Part shown: one piece after another, positions 38,163 through 53,771 of the stretch
Numbering within the stretch: position 1 is the stretch's first letter
How the letters are laid out: each line of letters begins with the position of its first letter
Origin: Azolla caroliniana
Taxonomy: Eukaryota; Plantae; Polypodiophyta
Assembly (NCBI GenBank): GCA_043228905.1
Contig: JBHGNT010000003.1
Span: 186,001 to 250,000, forward strand
Length of the DNA stretch: 64,000 bases
Direction of reading: 5' to 3'
Translations under genes and position numbers: made by a program
The notes under the pieces: model-generated
Seen by the model: only the letters and a program-made list of their open reading frames with translations
Database searches by the model: none
Told to the model about the DNA's origin: nothing

Positions 38163-40255
38163 ATGGAGACATTCACCAGATACTCAGTCCCCCAAATTAA
38201 TCCCAACGACACTAGTAGTCCAGATCAGCAGCACTACTCTGATCTCGGTACTCATCATCGTCATAGTCGTCATCATCATCATCATCATGATGCAGATTGG
38301 GCAGTGCAGCAACAGCAACAGCAACAGCAGCTCTCACTTGAATCTACCCATGGTGATGCTGGTTTGGAAGGTTATTTAACAAATACGAGCTCTCCTCTCC
38401 ATGTTCCTACAGTGTTGGGCTGCATTTAGTTGGGGTAGATCTGTTACAGTGTGTATGCCCCATCTTTCCATGTCTCGGAATCAGGAGAAATTGCTTTTTT
38501 GCTTTGGATTTTGCAGAGGCAATGTGGCGAATGACCCTGCAGCCGCCTCAGATGGAAATCTCGGCTGATGATTTGCTATACCCAGAGCGGCCTGGTGAGC
38601 CGGATTGTTCCTATTACATGCGCACTGGCTCCTGTGGCTTCGGCACCAACTGTAAATTCAACCATTCCCCTGCACGGAGGATGGTAGCACTTCCTCTTTT
38701 TGCACATACATATGTGTATGTACATACATATATATACATACATGAGCCAATGTGGCGTTTGCATATTTTTGTGCATTGAAATTTGTAAGCTGTTGGTATT
38801 TCTTATACATGTCAAAGCTCTAACAATCAGGTCAAGGTGGGCCAGGCCTCGATTCGGAGCAGAGGAGAATACCCAGAACGGATCGACCAACCAGAATGTC
38901 AAGTATTTAACTGCTGCTGTTGTTTGAATTAATGGAATGCCCAGAAGTTACTCTTCATACTCATGCAAAAATTGGTCTTTATTTCACATACATAATCTGT
39001 GTGCTTTCAGCCCATACCTACACTTTAATACATTTATCTCCTGCATTTGTCAGTACTATCTAAAGACGGGCACCTGCAAGTTTGGGGCAAGCTGTAAATA
39101 CCATCACCCTCGGGACAAAGCCGGAATAGCCGGGAACTCCCTGCAATTGAATGCACTAAATCTGCCACTGCGTGAGGTAATACTAATTTAGTTGAAATGC
39201 TTCATGATCCAGACGATTTAAGTTGCTATTATAGTTCCATAACCACCCAAAGGAATCCATAATAATATTATATGGCATTGCCGGAATCAATTTTGGACAT
39301 TCATGTTAAGCATGCATGCATGAGTAGTAATGTTTATCATGGTGAAATTTTTGGGTGGCAGGGAGAGAAGGAGTGTGCATACTACATGAGAACAGGGAAC
39401 TGTAAATATGGAGTGACTTGTAAATTTAATCACCCAGTAGTGCAGCAGATGGGCGTGGGGCGAGGCCTGCCGCTACCTCGTCCCATGTTGGTGCAGAATC
39501 CTGCAAGTGGTCCCCGATCAATAGCACCGCCCTCGGGATTATTGAGGAGCATTTCGACCCCACATATAGCATACCGACAGGCTGGATTAAGCAGCTTACA
39601 AGCATGGCCCCCTCCTTATAGTTTAATGCAGCCACCCAGCTTTAATGCAGGCCCATCAAGCTTTATTATCTCCTCTCCACAAGGAGCATGGAATCCATAT
39701 CAGGCAAGCTATAATTATATTCCCTTGGTATACAACCCATGTTTAATGCAACGGTAACTGCAAATAGCAAACAATGTACGTGTACATAGAGGAGGAGGAG
39801 CAGAAGAAGTTGCATGTGCATAATTTGATTGCTAACTCAATGCTCAGGGTCTAATTTGGGCTCCTACCATGGTGACCTAATTATAAATGATGACTATGAG
39901 CTTGTGACATTTGCATTTAATCTTGCAGGCTTCTCTCCCAGGGATGATATTCCAAGAAGGACAACAAATATTGCCCTCAAGCTATGCATATGCTGCAGCT
40001 GTTAATCCATCGCAAGATCCTGTGTCCATGAACGCGTATCCTTCGTTCCGACCAGCTGGAGGGGATCAATTCACAGCCACCACCATTCGACAGGCTGCTA
40101 CTAGTAGTAGTACAAATGCCTCCCTTGGGCAGAATGAAAACACATACCCTGAGAGACCGGGTGAGCAAGAATGCCAGTATTACATGAGGCGAGGGGAATG
40201 CAAATACGGTGCACGATGCAAATTCCATCATCCAGTACGTGATCAAAGTAAGTAA
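38163..40255 (+). CDS. Tandem CCCH zinc-finger RNA-binding protein (ZFN/HUA1-related subfamily), four fingers (exons 38163-38370, 38517-38683, 38831-38902, 39054-39176, 39362-39703, 39929-40255)
   Basis: Repeated C-x8-C-x5-C-x3-H fingers, three preceded by YPER(P/I) and the third by LPLRE|GE. Conserved LEEAMW and WNPYQ|A landmarks; exons splice in phase (intron 5 GC-AG). 3' end uncertain: read-through stop at 40255, or splice from 40247 to 40691 and stop two codons later. Confidence 0.85.
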
Positions 40256-43200
40256 TTCAGCTCTACATCATCAGCCTGCGACGTCTTTGTGATTCGGCTC
40301 ATCTCATCGAGTTCGACATGGAATTTTTCACATCCTCTGTATATGGCTTGCCTTGTACAACTCAACTCATTCATTTTTTGGTTTAATTTTTTTTTTTCCA
40401 AGAACATGCTGGAATGTCCTGCAATTAATTTTTCTGGAAGCAAAGGCCTTCCTTAATTCGCATGATTCATATCGCCGGGCCAGCAGTCAGCGTTTCCTAT
40501 CTTAAATTAATACCGGTCTTTGCCATGGTATATGGATCCAATATCCTAGGTTAATATGCTTTGAGCTTGTATCACATCATTGGTGTACAGGCCCATAGAG
40601 ATGTTGTTAAGTGTCTGCATGATAGGTGCTCCATCAAAATTTAGTATAGTGATGGAATGTGATCATGTGTGGGTTGCATTTGTTTTGCAGAGATATAGCA
40701 AACCATGTTTTCCTCATCCCAATCGGAAGTGGCAATCCAGCAAAATGATGCCAAGTGGTATCATTTCATAGCAGAGCCCCTCCCCTGCCTGATAAGCCCC
40801 AAGAAAGTGATGCTTGCTTGCTATCTCGTCGTCCGGGCCCAAATAATTCTGTGTGTCATCAGTTGTTATGATACTCTCATTTCAACCTTAAACATAGGGA
40901 TCATGGTATCCACAATATCGACACGACGTCTGCATCCACTGAGATATCCGCCCAATGAATAAGTGGTTTTGGGTAAGGCTATAACAGCTTGGAGAAATGG
41001 AGCCCTTCTTAGTTGGAGAGATGGGAGGAAAAACATGTGTATAATTCATTAATTGGATAGAGTTATTTTTAGTTAGCAGAGCTCCTTAAAGAAAACACAT
41101 CGATGGCTTTCCACCAAACCTTCTCCATTGCAGGAATGGAAATATATTCTAACATACTACTATTATTTTACTCCCTTCTTCCAAATCTTTTACGTTTATT
41201 GCAAAGTCTTACTGAAGGAAATGATCTATTCAGAGGGGAAGAAGAGAATGCCTGTAGTGCAGAAGAAATCAATACATACAAACAAGCCTAGGAGAAGAAA
41301 TTGTTTTTATGGGGGTCCATCCACGTTGTTGTGTAAATCTTTAGATCCGCTTGATAACTAGGCATTTTGTTGGGGGCTAAGCCTAGGGGGTTCTACCTGG
41401 GCGATGAACACTTGCACAACAAACACAAAGCCATTATCGAAAGAGATCTTCACAAGAACAAATGTTGGAATCCCATTTGTCAAATTTTTGAGTGAGATGA
41501 AACATAGAGTAGCTGCAGCCCTTCCCTTGATGATGGTGTTTTCCAAGTCTAGGTCTTGTCATCGCGTGTGTATGTATAATGTGAAGATAGGAAGGAGAGA
41601 TGGATTGACGGTTGAGAGGGAAGGAAAAAATGGTGCTAGTGGTTTCTCATGCCACATTTGATGACTTCTTATCCCACAAGAGCAACATGGAGGAAGCGGC
41701 AAAGTGTTGGTAACGAAGCAATTTAGGTCCAACCATTAAGAAGAAGGCAAAAGTGTTCACCCACGTATATTTTTCTAGGTTCCCCTTGCCTTTGGCTCAA
41801 CAATTGCAAACATCTAATGAGCATGGAGATTTCTAGAAACTCTTGTGTGGTTGATGTATATTATCAAGTTGGTTGCATTTAGACCCAACTTAAGGCTTAC
41901 TCTGTTGTTTTTATTTATTAAAGATGTCCATACATGTATGTATATAGAACCACACCCATGTGTTATGAAGAGATGCTCAAAGTAGTGTAGCGGGAGTGGA
42001 TTTTACATTATGAATTCTTGAGAATAGTAAAGCCCATGCTATGTGTGACATGGAAGCATTGTGCATGGTTTAATTGGCAAATCATGTAAATTGTTCAAGT
42101 TTTACACCTCTCTTTTTAAAAATGGAAGTAGAGAATTAACCTTAATTTCCAAGATTTCCCAATTTGGATATAAGTAAAGAATGAGTGACTATCTATGACA
42201 TAGGTGACCAAGCACATCCTCACATTGCTGGATATTAAATACTTGTGGATGATTGGCAAGCATTGTAGGCATTTTCACACAATACAATTATCCCTCACCT
42301 CTCCCTCTCACTTACCTAGTTATTTCTTAAATTATCTCAACATGCTTTAGTGACCAATTTCTTTCACGAGGAATTCTTTCGTTGTGAAGCTATGCTATGG
42401 TCAAATGCAAGTAGTTGGCACACGAAGTTGATATGTTGCTTGTGTCTGTAATAGTGACCAGTGGTGTTGTAACATCACAATTGTTAAAGGCCTTGCGGGG
42501 CCATTGACCTAAAAGTAGACTCAAGTAGTTTGATGGATCCAATAATGAATCACATGGTAAAATAATGTTATGTTTTGCTTTAACTCGGAAAAAAAGGCGT
42601 CATAACATGAGAAATGTGGCAAAAGGGGCAATCCCTCAACAATTTTGAAAGCCGTATGGCTACCGTACGAGAGACCAATTTGTTGGGGGAGAATCAACAA
42701 AATGGGGGGTGCGTGTTTTGCCACGGATCACTAGAAAAGAGACAACCACCAAAAGGAAGAAGGTGAGAGTACCTGTACACCCCACACCAAACAAACAAAA
42801 AGGAGTTTCAAAGATATTTTAAATAAATAAAACCCTAAACACAAAAATGCCTCATATATGTATATGTCCACGTGTTCTTTTATTGAAAGGATGGTCATGA
42901 TTCATAGGCCTCTCTCTCTCTCTCTCTCTTCGTAATTGGACTTGTACAAAGTATGTAGTAAGTGGAAGTCCGATAACAACTCAGTGGTGAGTTGTGACCC
43001 CATGTGTGTGTGTGTGTGTGTGTGTAAGGCCGCATTGCACGTCATCGAAGAGAAAGGAGGGGCAAAGGGAAAAAGGGGGGAGGGCACCTATCCAATTTTG
43101 TAAAACTGGACTCTCTCTGCCTCTGTCCTATGCCCACTTACTTACTACCACTAACTACTACTAACTCTGTATGTATGTATGTATGTATGTATATATGTAT

Positions 43201-43460
43201 CATATGTATGTATGTATGTATGTATGTATCATATGTATGTATGTATGTATGTATGTACTAAATAAATATAGCAGCAGTAGCGAAGCAAAGATAAGAAGAA
43301 GGAAGGAAGGAGCGAACGACATCCCCCCTTCCCTTTCCTTCATCGTCTTCTTTCTCCTCCTCACGCACGCACCCTCGCTCGCTCACACAGACACACAGAC
43401 ACAGAGAGAGAGAGAGAGAGAGGTACGTACGTACGTACGTACGTAGGGAAGGAAGGGAGC

Positions 43461-47034
<3,574 letters not shown>

Positions 47035-48718
47035 GTATGTGGGCTAAGGAAAACAGCAGTATGCAATTCTCATTGTTCATTATTTGCTTATGACATCTCC
47101 AAGCTCCACCATGTTTTTTGTGATCAGCGTATTGAGTTACATTTATAATCAGGAAGATTTTGCAACATGAATAATATATAGAAATACATTTGCGGGTCCA
47201 TTTTTTTGGGGCTTGGCATTTGGATATATCAGAAATTTAAAGCAGCATTTGAAATGGGGTTTCGTAAACCAGTGTCATAAGAGAAGAAACACATCTATTC
47301 AGGTTACTTGTGTGGTCGTCTTACCCTAATGTATTCCTTTTCAAATGTGCAATTGAATTTTTTGGCTTGTGGAGAGCCATTGTATTTTGTTGAGAGTTGG
47401 GAATTCCAATCTGTTTTTAGTATTGTTGGGTAAATGGAAATTGTTTGGGTCTAACAGTTGGTTCAAATTCAGGGCTTGAATTTACGTGAAGTATTGAAGG
47501 TAAAATTTTCAAGCTTTGTTACTACATATTCCTAATTGCATGAAGCAATCATCAATATAAAGTTCAAGCCTTGTTATTATATACTAATATAGAGTAAACA
47601 TTTCTAGTCAAATTCAAAAAAGATCTCAACAATGAAAGTATTCATGCTCAAGCTTTTCTATTTGCTTTTCTTTTGAGGCGCTTCTATTTTCAGAATTATG
47701 GAGGCATTTTGCTATACTAACATTCTAATAATAACATTGATAAACCACCGAATGAAATGGACCATTATTGGAAGCAGTTTCCTATACTTGCTCTCCTGTG
47801 AGAAGGGGTTATGTGGCAACTCACCATGTGAAAGCACTTTGTATTGTCGATAAGATTCTATTAGACTTGCTTATAGGTGAACCTAAAGTTCAAATGATAT
47901 AAACCAGCTGCATGATATATACACCTTGTGGTTTGCTACATTAAACTTATCGGCATAAATTTTGAGGTTAACAAACTAGCCAAAGTGCTGTTGAAACTTT
48001 TAATTCACACAATTAACGTTGGGATTGTGCTTTGTATTTTATGTAGTGTTAACCAAACGAAAGTTCGAGCCCCAAAAAAGTATTTCTAGTAACAAAAAAT
48101 GGGTGTGTAGAGTTTTGTTTGGAAGACCAATGGGTCAAAATTAGTGAGTGTGACAAGCCACTTGAAGATAATTGTTAACTTTGTAGGATGGCTAGTTTCC
48201 TCTTATGAGAGGAGCCAAAGTTGTGATCACGTGTTATGTATATTCTGTTGCAAGATGGTGTTGAATTCCAATTTGCCAAAATAATGGGCTCATGAGCCCT
48301 TATGCATTATATCTTCCATTCTATACTAAATGCATGTTGTAGCCTCACATCATACATGCATCAAATTGAAAGCAAGTGGATCACAAGAATGTATGAGTTT
48401 GAGTTGGTAGATGACAAAATACATCATAGTACATTTACCTATATTACGGGAAGAGGAAACCATAAACCTTTCACTATGCATAGCATTTTGACCAAACAAA
48501 TATGAGTGCATTATTTGTATGTCCATAAAGACCTCTCTATCTTTCATTGAGTGCATAAAGGCCCGATTTCAAGTCAATTTGTTGATAGAATGCCCATAAT
48601 ACATATCGACACGTTTTTTTTAGTAACATTGTTATTACTAGTGGATAACCTCGAAGTGAGGCCAAAACCCATAAAGAATAAAGAAAGGTATACAAGTGTC
48701 AATTAGACACTGAAGAGC

Positions 48719-49300
48719 TTAGAAGCACTCAAAATAAAGAGTGTAAATTCGCAACGTGATGTCTCTAAGTTGCAGACACTCAAATAGAGATTGCCTTGAG
48801 GGATTGATTAAAGAAGCCAACTTCATGTAGTTGGTTTTGATAAAAGACCTTATTATTGTGGGTGTCCAAATGGTCCAGAGTGCCAAAAATCTTGTCCATT
48901 GGAGAAAATAGGCATTGTTGGATAGGGTGCGTGGAATTTGTCCAAATAGCCAAAAGTGCTTCCCAAATCTTTGGCCAGGAAATCTATGAGAAAAAGATGC
49001 ACTCAATCTCTGTACAAATGCTATAGTGAATGAGCAAGTCCATAATAAGTGTGGGATTGTTTTCGATCGTCCACCACATTGTGCACAATGTGGTGAGGCT
49101 ATCAATCACTTTTGAAGATTTGACCCAATCAGGAGCACACCCAATAGGCATCTCCATAGGAATACTCGTTGCTTAAGTGGAAGACCATAGCTCCATAAGC
49201 TTGTAAGACTAAATTTCCACCGGGACTGTGTTTTGTGTAGGTGCCATCATGCATTTGCATGTCCATATCAACACTTACAATATCGCATTAGTTTATACCA
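48719..49300 (-). mobile_element. L1 LINE 3' fragment (zf-RVT)
   Basis: SPHCAQCGGRSKTIPHLLWTC zinc-binding motif followed by LWTIW, typical of plant L1 ORF2 C-termini. Confidence 0.65.
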
Positions 49301-51558
49301 GAAGGTAGAGTGGCTCCCATCTTTGCGTATTAGTTGATGATTTTATCACGTTATGCTTTGTGGCTCCCATCACATTACGTAACTTTTTGTATGCAACTGA
49401 TCTAATAAATGAAGGGCTAAAATTCTAATAAAAACCCAACAAATTTGAGGTGGTAAGATAGAAAAGTTACTTGTGCATTGTGGTGGTTTGATAAGAGAAA
49501 CCATGTGTCACTATATGTATAGGGAGAAAATGTTATTTCAACTAGTTTTTAGAACAAGGACTCTTTGACATGCAAGCACATGGGTTTTGTTCACAACCAT
49601 AACAATGCATGCTCTTTCAAATTCAACTAAGATTGTCCATATATCTCATGAAATATTATGTATCTTTACAACATTCAATGTTGCAAAATGTTGTACTCTA
49701 TGTACTATTTCACAAATTCATGGTCTTACATGTTTGCTTCTCTTGATACCAACACACATAAGTTGTTTAATTGAAATATTCCATTCTCTTTTTCCATGAA
49801 AGTTGGTACGTGAGATCGAACATTGAATTTACAAAATCCCTCTCTTTACACAATTATCAATGTTTTGACTTAAACAAGTAATATTCGAGGATAAATTATG
49901 GTGAAATAGTTTGTGGTTTTATTTCATGGATCTTTTTAAGGTCAAGTGATCCTTTGCTTTTGCCTTATAATTTATTTGGTATAACTACTTACCCATGATG
50001 TCTGTTGTAAGTTAACATGGCATGCATGTAAATGGCTACAACAAGACATCACATGCATTGATGGAATAATTTGATGCACATCTTCTTATTCATCAACATC
50101 TAGTTGTTTCTAATTAATGAAACTCTACAATTTTGGATTATGAAATAAAGACTTGTGTCACAACGATCTTCAAAAAGAGGATCCTATGAACAATATAATG
50201 CCTTCTTACAAAAGCGAGAGGTACACATTGCCTACATTTTTATAGAAAACATTTATGCGTACTGACGATCTATCTGTATATTATGTACAAGAATACACAA
50301 TTGTGAGTTCAATTTGAGATTTATGGGAAGTCGTGAAACTCTAGATTATGTTTGATTTTATATCACGGCGACGAAATCTTTTGTTGGAGAATGATCATAC
50401 ATATGTACATCAACCTACACCCATGATATGTTTTGACTTTTGTCGAAAAAATGAAAAAATGAGAGTAGCTAGTGGAGATCCAGTACAAGTCTTGTAAATA
50501 TTTTAAAAAGAAAAGGTTGTCCCACTATAAAAGACAACGATAATTATTTTCTTGCTATTTTTGCTTGGGTAGTAATTTTCTCATTAGTACAAGTCTCATG
50601 ATTCATTCCTTCGTATGAAAAAAGTACACTTATTTTCGTTGGTAATAATTACCAAACATGTTAGCTGTTAAAATGTGAAACCAAAATGCATGAGCTATTA
50701 TAAATCTATTTCAAGGCTCATAGAGGCGGAAACTTCCCGGCGAGAACGAGCATGTGGGGATGAAAAATGACCAAGGAGGAAATGGGAAATTTAGCGGGGT
50801 TTGCACATGAGGGCAAGTGAGATGTAGAAGTTGCCGGTCATGAGTCATGCATGACTCGTAAGACACAAAATAATAGATGGAGTATTCGAGGAAAAATAGT
50901 GGATAAGTTGGAGTAAAATGTTGGATGGTCGAATCGAAGTTGGGAACTTGGGGTGGGGCACCATAATGATTCATCATAGCAACAAACAAATGCATGTAGC
51001 TAGCTATATGGGGTTACAAATATACATATGGAGTATGCGCGCACAAGTTTGTAGACAGATTTGTATAATAACAAATACAACTAGTTTTTTGAAGGGTAAC
51101 TTTGGAATTGGCATATATGTACTGTGTACATAGTATCAATCAATATCATTTTGTTCGGATTGTGATGGTCTGTCATGTCTAATGCTAACATGGATGGGAA
51201 TGGGAATAACAAACACATTATAATTATAACTATAATTAGAAGTGGAGTTGGGTGGAGGGTCGTTTTCTTTGGATTTTTATTGGATGGATGGATGGATGGA
51301 TTGCTTTCCAACAGAAGCCACCAAAAAAGAAAAGAAGAAGAAGAAGAAGAAGAAGAAGAAGGGTAAATAAGTTATGTAAATCTTTCTTTGAATCCTTCCC
51401 TGCGCGAAGAAACAAACAAACAAACAGAGGATTTGTTATGTGGAAAGAGACAGACACAAACGAAAGACGATAAAAATAGAGCAATCAATCGAATCCTTGC
51501 CGTCCTTCTTCTTCGTCTTCCCTGCTCTCTCTCTGTGTTTCTCCTCAATCCGAGAGCC

Positions 51559-51608
<50 letters not shown>

Positions 51609-51628
51609 AGCAAGAGGAAAAGAAAAGC

Positions 51629-53771
51629 ATGTCTCCTGGAGAGCTGAGGAGTATCGGCACGCATACCGTTGGCCACCCTGTTTCTGAAGGATTGGTCCAT
51701 CCGCATGGAGCTGATGTTAAGGCTTACCCAGCCTCAGCAGAAGAAACCGCCATTCCTTCTCCTTACAGAGAAGAGTCAGTTTCATACAAAGTGGTTGTAG
51801 AAGGTGTTTCAGCCATGGCCACAAATGCTTTTGATGATGAACCGGAGATTGTTAAGGAAGCTCTTCCATCTCTGATTGAAAAAGAATCGCATGTGGAGGT
51901 ATCATCCATACCCACAAGCGATGAATCGGAGATGGATAAGGAATCTCCTTTATCTCTTACTGAAACAGAGTTTCTAGCCGAAGTTTGTGGATTAAATAGC
52001 AAGCTCATCAAGGTGGACGATTCATGTGAAAAAGAGTCTCTTACTGAAGGAAATTATCTATTCAAGGGGGAAGAAGAGAATGCCAAAACAATCCTAAGAG
52101 ATGATCAGGACTCATTACCCATGGTTGCAGACCGTGTGAAAACAATAGTCGAGGAAGAACAATCACCATTAGTAGTTCCACCGGCCCAAGAAGATTTTGT
52201 TATAGGAGAGCCGGTTAGGGCTATTTCAGAAGTGGTATTAGATGGAGATCTAAAGGATTCTGAGATGCAGATAGCACAAGTCGAAGGATACCCTGGTGGA
52301 GAAGGTATTGTCATTAAAGCTAACCAAGACCAAGAAGACAACCCCAAAGAAAATCCATCAATGTTGATGGGGATTGCAGAAGATGACAAGAGTCCTGAAT
52401 CTACTCCTGCTGAAAGATTTATATCAGCCCACGGAATAATGCTCGGAAACGGAAATAACCAGAACTCTGTTATGGCATCTGAAGCTAGCATCGATAGGAA
52501 AGAAGGCGTCGTAGAAAAAGCTCAACTAGAGGCCAAACTGGTTGTAGCATCTGCTGTCGATTCTAAATCTCTCATGTCAGAAGAAGTCATCATATCAAAA
52601 AGGCTTCCCGTTGAGGAACCACAGTCATTGCCAGTTCCAGAAAACACTGGAAAGACAGATAGTAGATCCATTGAGACTGTTGAAGGGTCTCATAAGGTCA
52701 AAGACGCCTCTGATCCTGCAAGCGACACTTCTCTATTCGATGAAGCTGTCAAAGAGATTAAGAACCTATTAGTGGGGGAGGGACCTTCGACAGAGTTGAA
52801 GAGGATACTCTCTGTTGGTGAAGCTACTCATGCAGCATTTGGAGGGGATTCCCAAGCTACCCATCTATGTGCATATAACATCTCTTCAACAATGCAAGGG
52901 GTACTAGATACCCAGCTAACTACATCAATAGCCCCAAATGATGAATGCAAAGATTCTGATGATCTCGATGTGGAATCTGTTGAAATCTCTCAGAGTCTTT
53001 TGCCTGTTATTGGTAACCTTGCCACGGTGGAGAGGACGGATTATTTCAAGAAATGTAATGAGGAAGTACCAATTGAAAATGAAATAAGGAATCTCAAGGG
53101 AATCAAATACAATCAATCTGCTTCTATCAGTGTCAATGAGGAGTCCCCAGAATCTTATCAAGCTGAAAATAGCAGTGTTGAGGTTGATTATAATCATGCA
53201 GATGAGGTGCAAAATGATGTTCCACAAGTTGTTGCTGTGACGTCTTCAGACATTCCATACCTAAGTGGAACTATCTGTACTGAAAATGAGAGTGAGTGTG
53301 ACGAGAGCACATTGGATCAAGAAGAGATGATTTCCCTTCATGTGGAGGAACACCCACATGGTTGTGTAACTTATGAAAATGAGGATAAATATATTCAATT
53401 GGTTAAAGATGAAAATCATATTCTGCAGAAAGAACAGGTATGCAATGATCTGACTACTTATATATGATGTTTCCTCTTATTCTCAATTCTGATATAGTTT
53501 TAAGCGATCATGTATGAGTGTAATTCTTATGTTAGCTGCAAGATTTCTCTTCAACACATTAATGTAGTATTCCATCCACAATATTAAGCAGCTTATCATG
53601 TTATACCTTCTTGTCAACATGTCTTGATGCTTGCAGGATTATTGCAAGGTCAATGGTGATGTGACTGAAAAAGAGAACATCAATATTGGTATGAAACTAC
53701 CTTTGCTTGTGACAGGAGTAGCTATTGCTGCTATAGGTGTAGCTGTAGCATCTCTCAGTAGATGCCGTTGA
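51629..53771 (+). CDS. Unknown acidic, probably disordered protein with C-terminal transmembrane anchor, ~647 aa (exons 51629-53437, 53637-53771)
   Basis: 1.8-kb stop-free E/D/S-rich exon after an (AG)n leader. CAG|GTATGC donor and TTGCAG| acceptor give in-frame DYCKVNGDVTEKENINIGMKLPLLVTGVAIAAIGVAVASLSRCR*. Confidence 0.8.

Noticed and set aside
42830-42840. Telobox AAACCCTAA upstream of cpHsp70 (also ~2295)
   Set aside because: Single short motif expected by chance in AT-rich DNA; no telomeric array.
42300-43460. Idea that HsfB and cpHsp70 form a heat-shock regulatory cluster
   Set aside because: They are ~38 kb apart with unrelated genes between them, and I see no three-unit nGAAnnTTCnnGAAn element upstream of cpHsp70.
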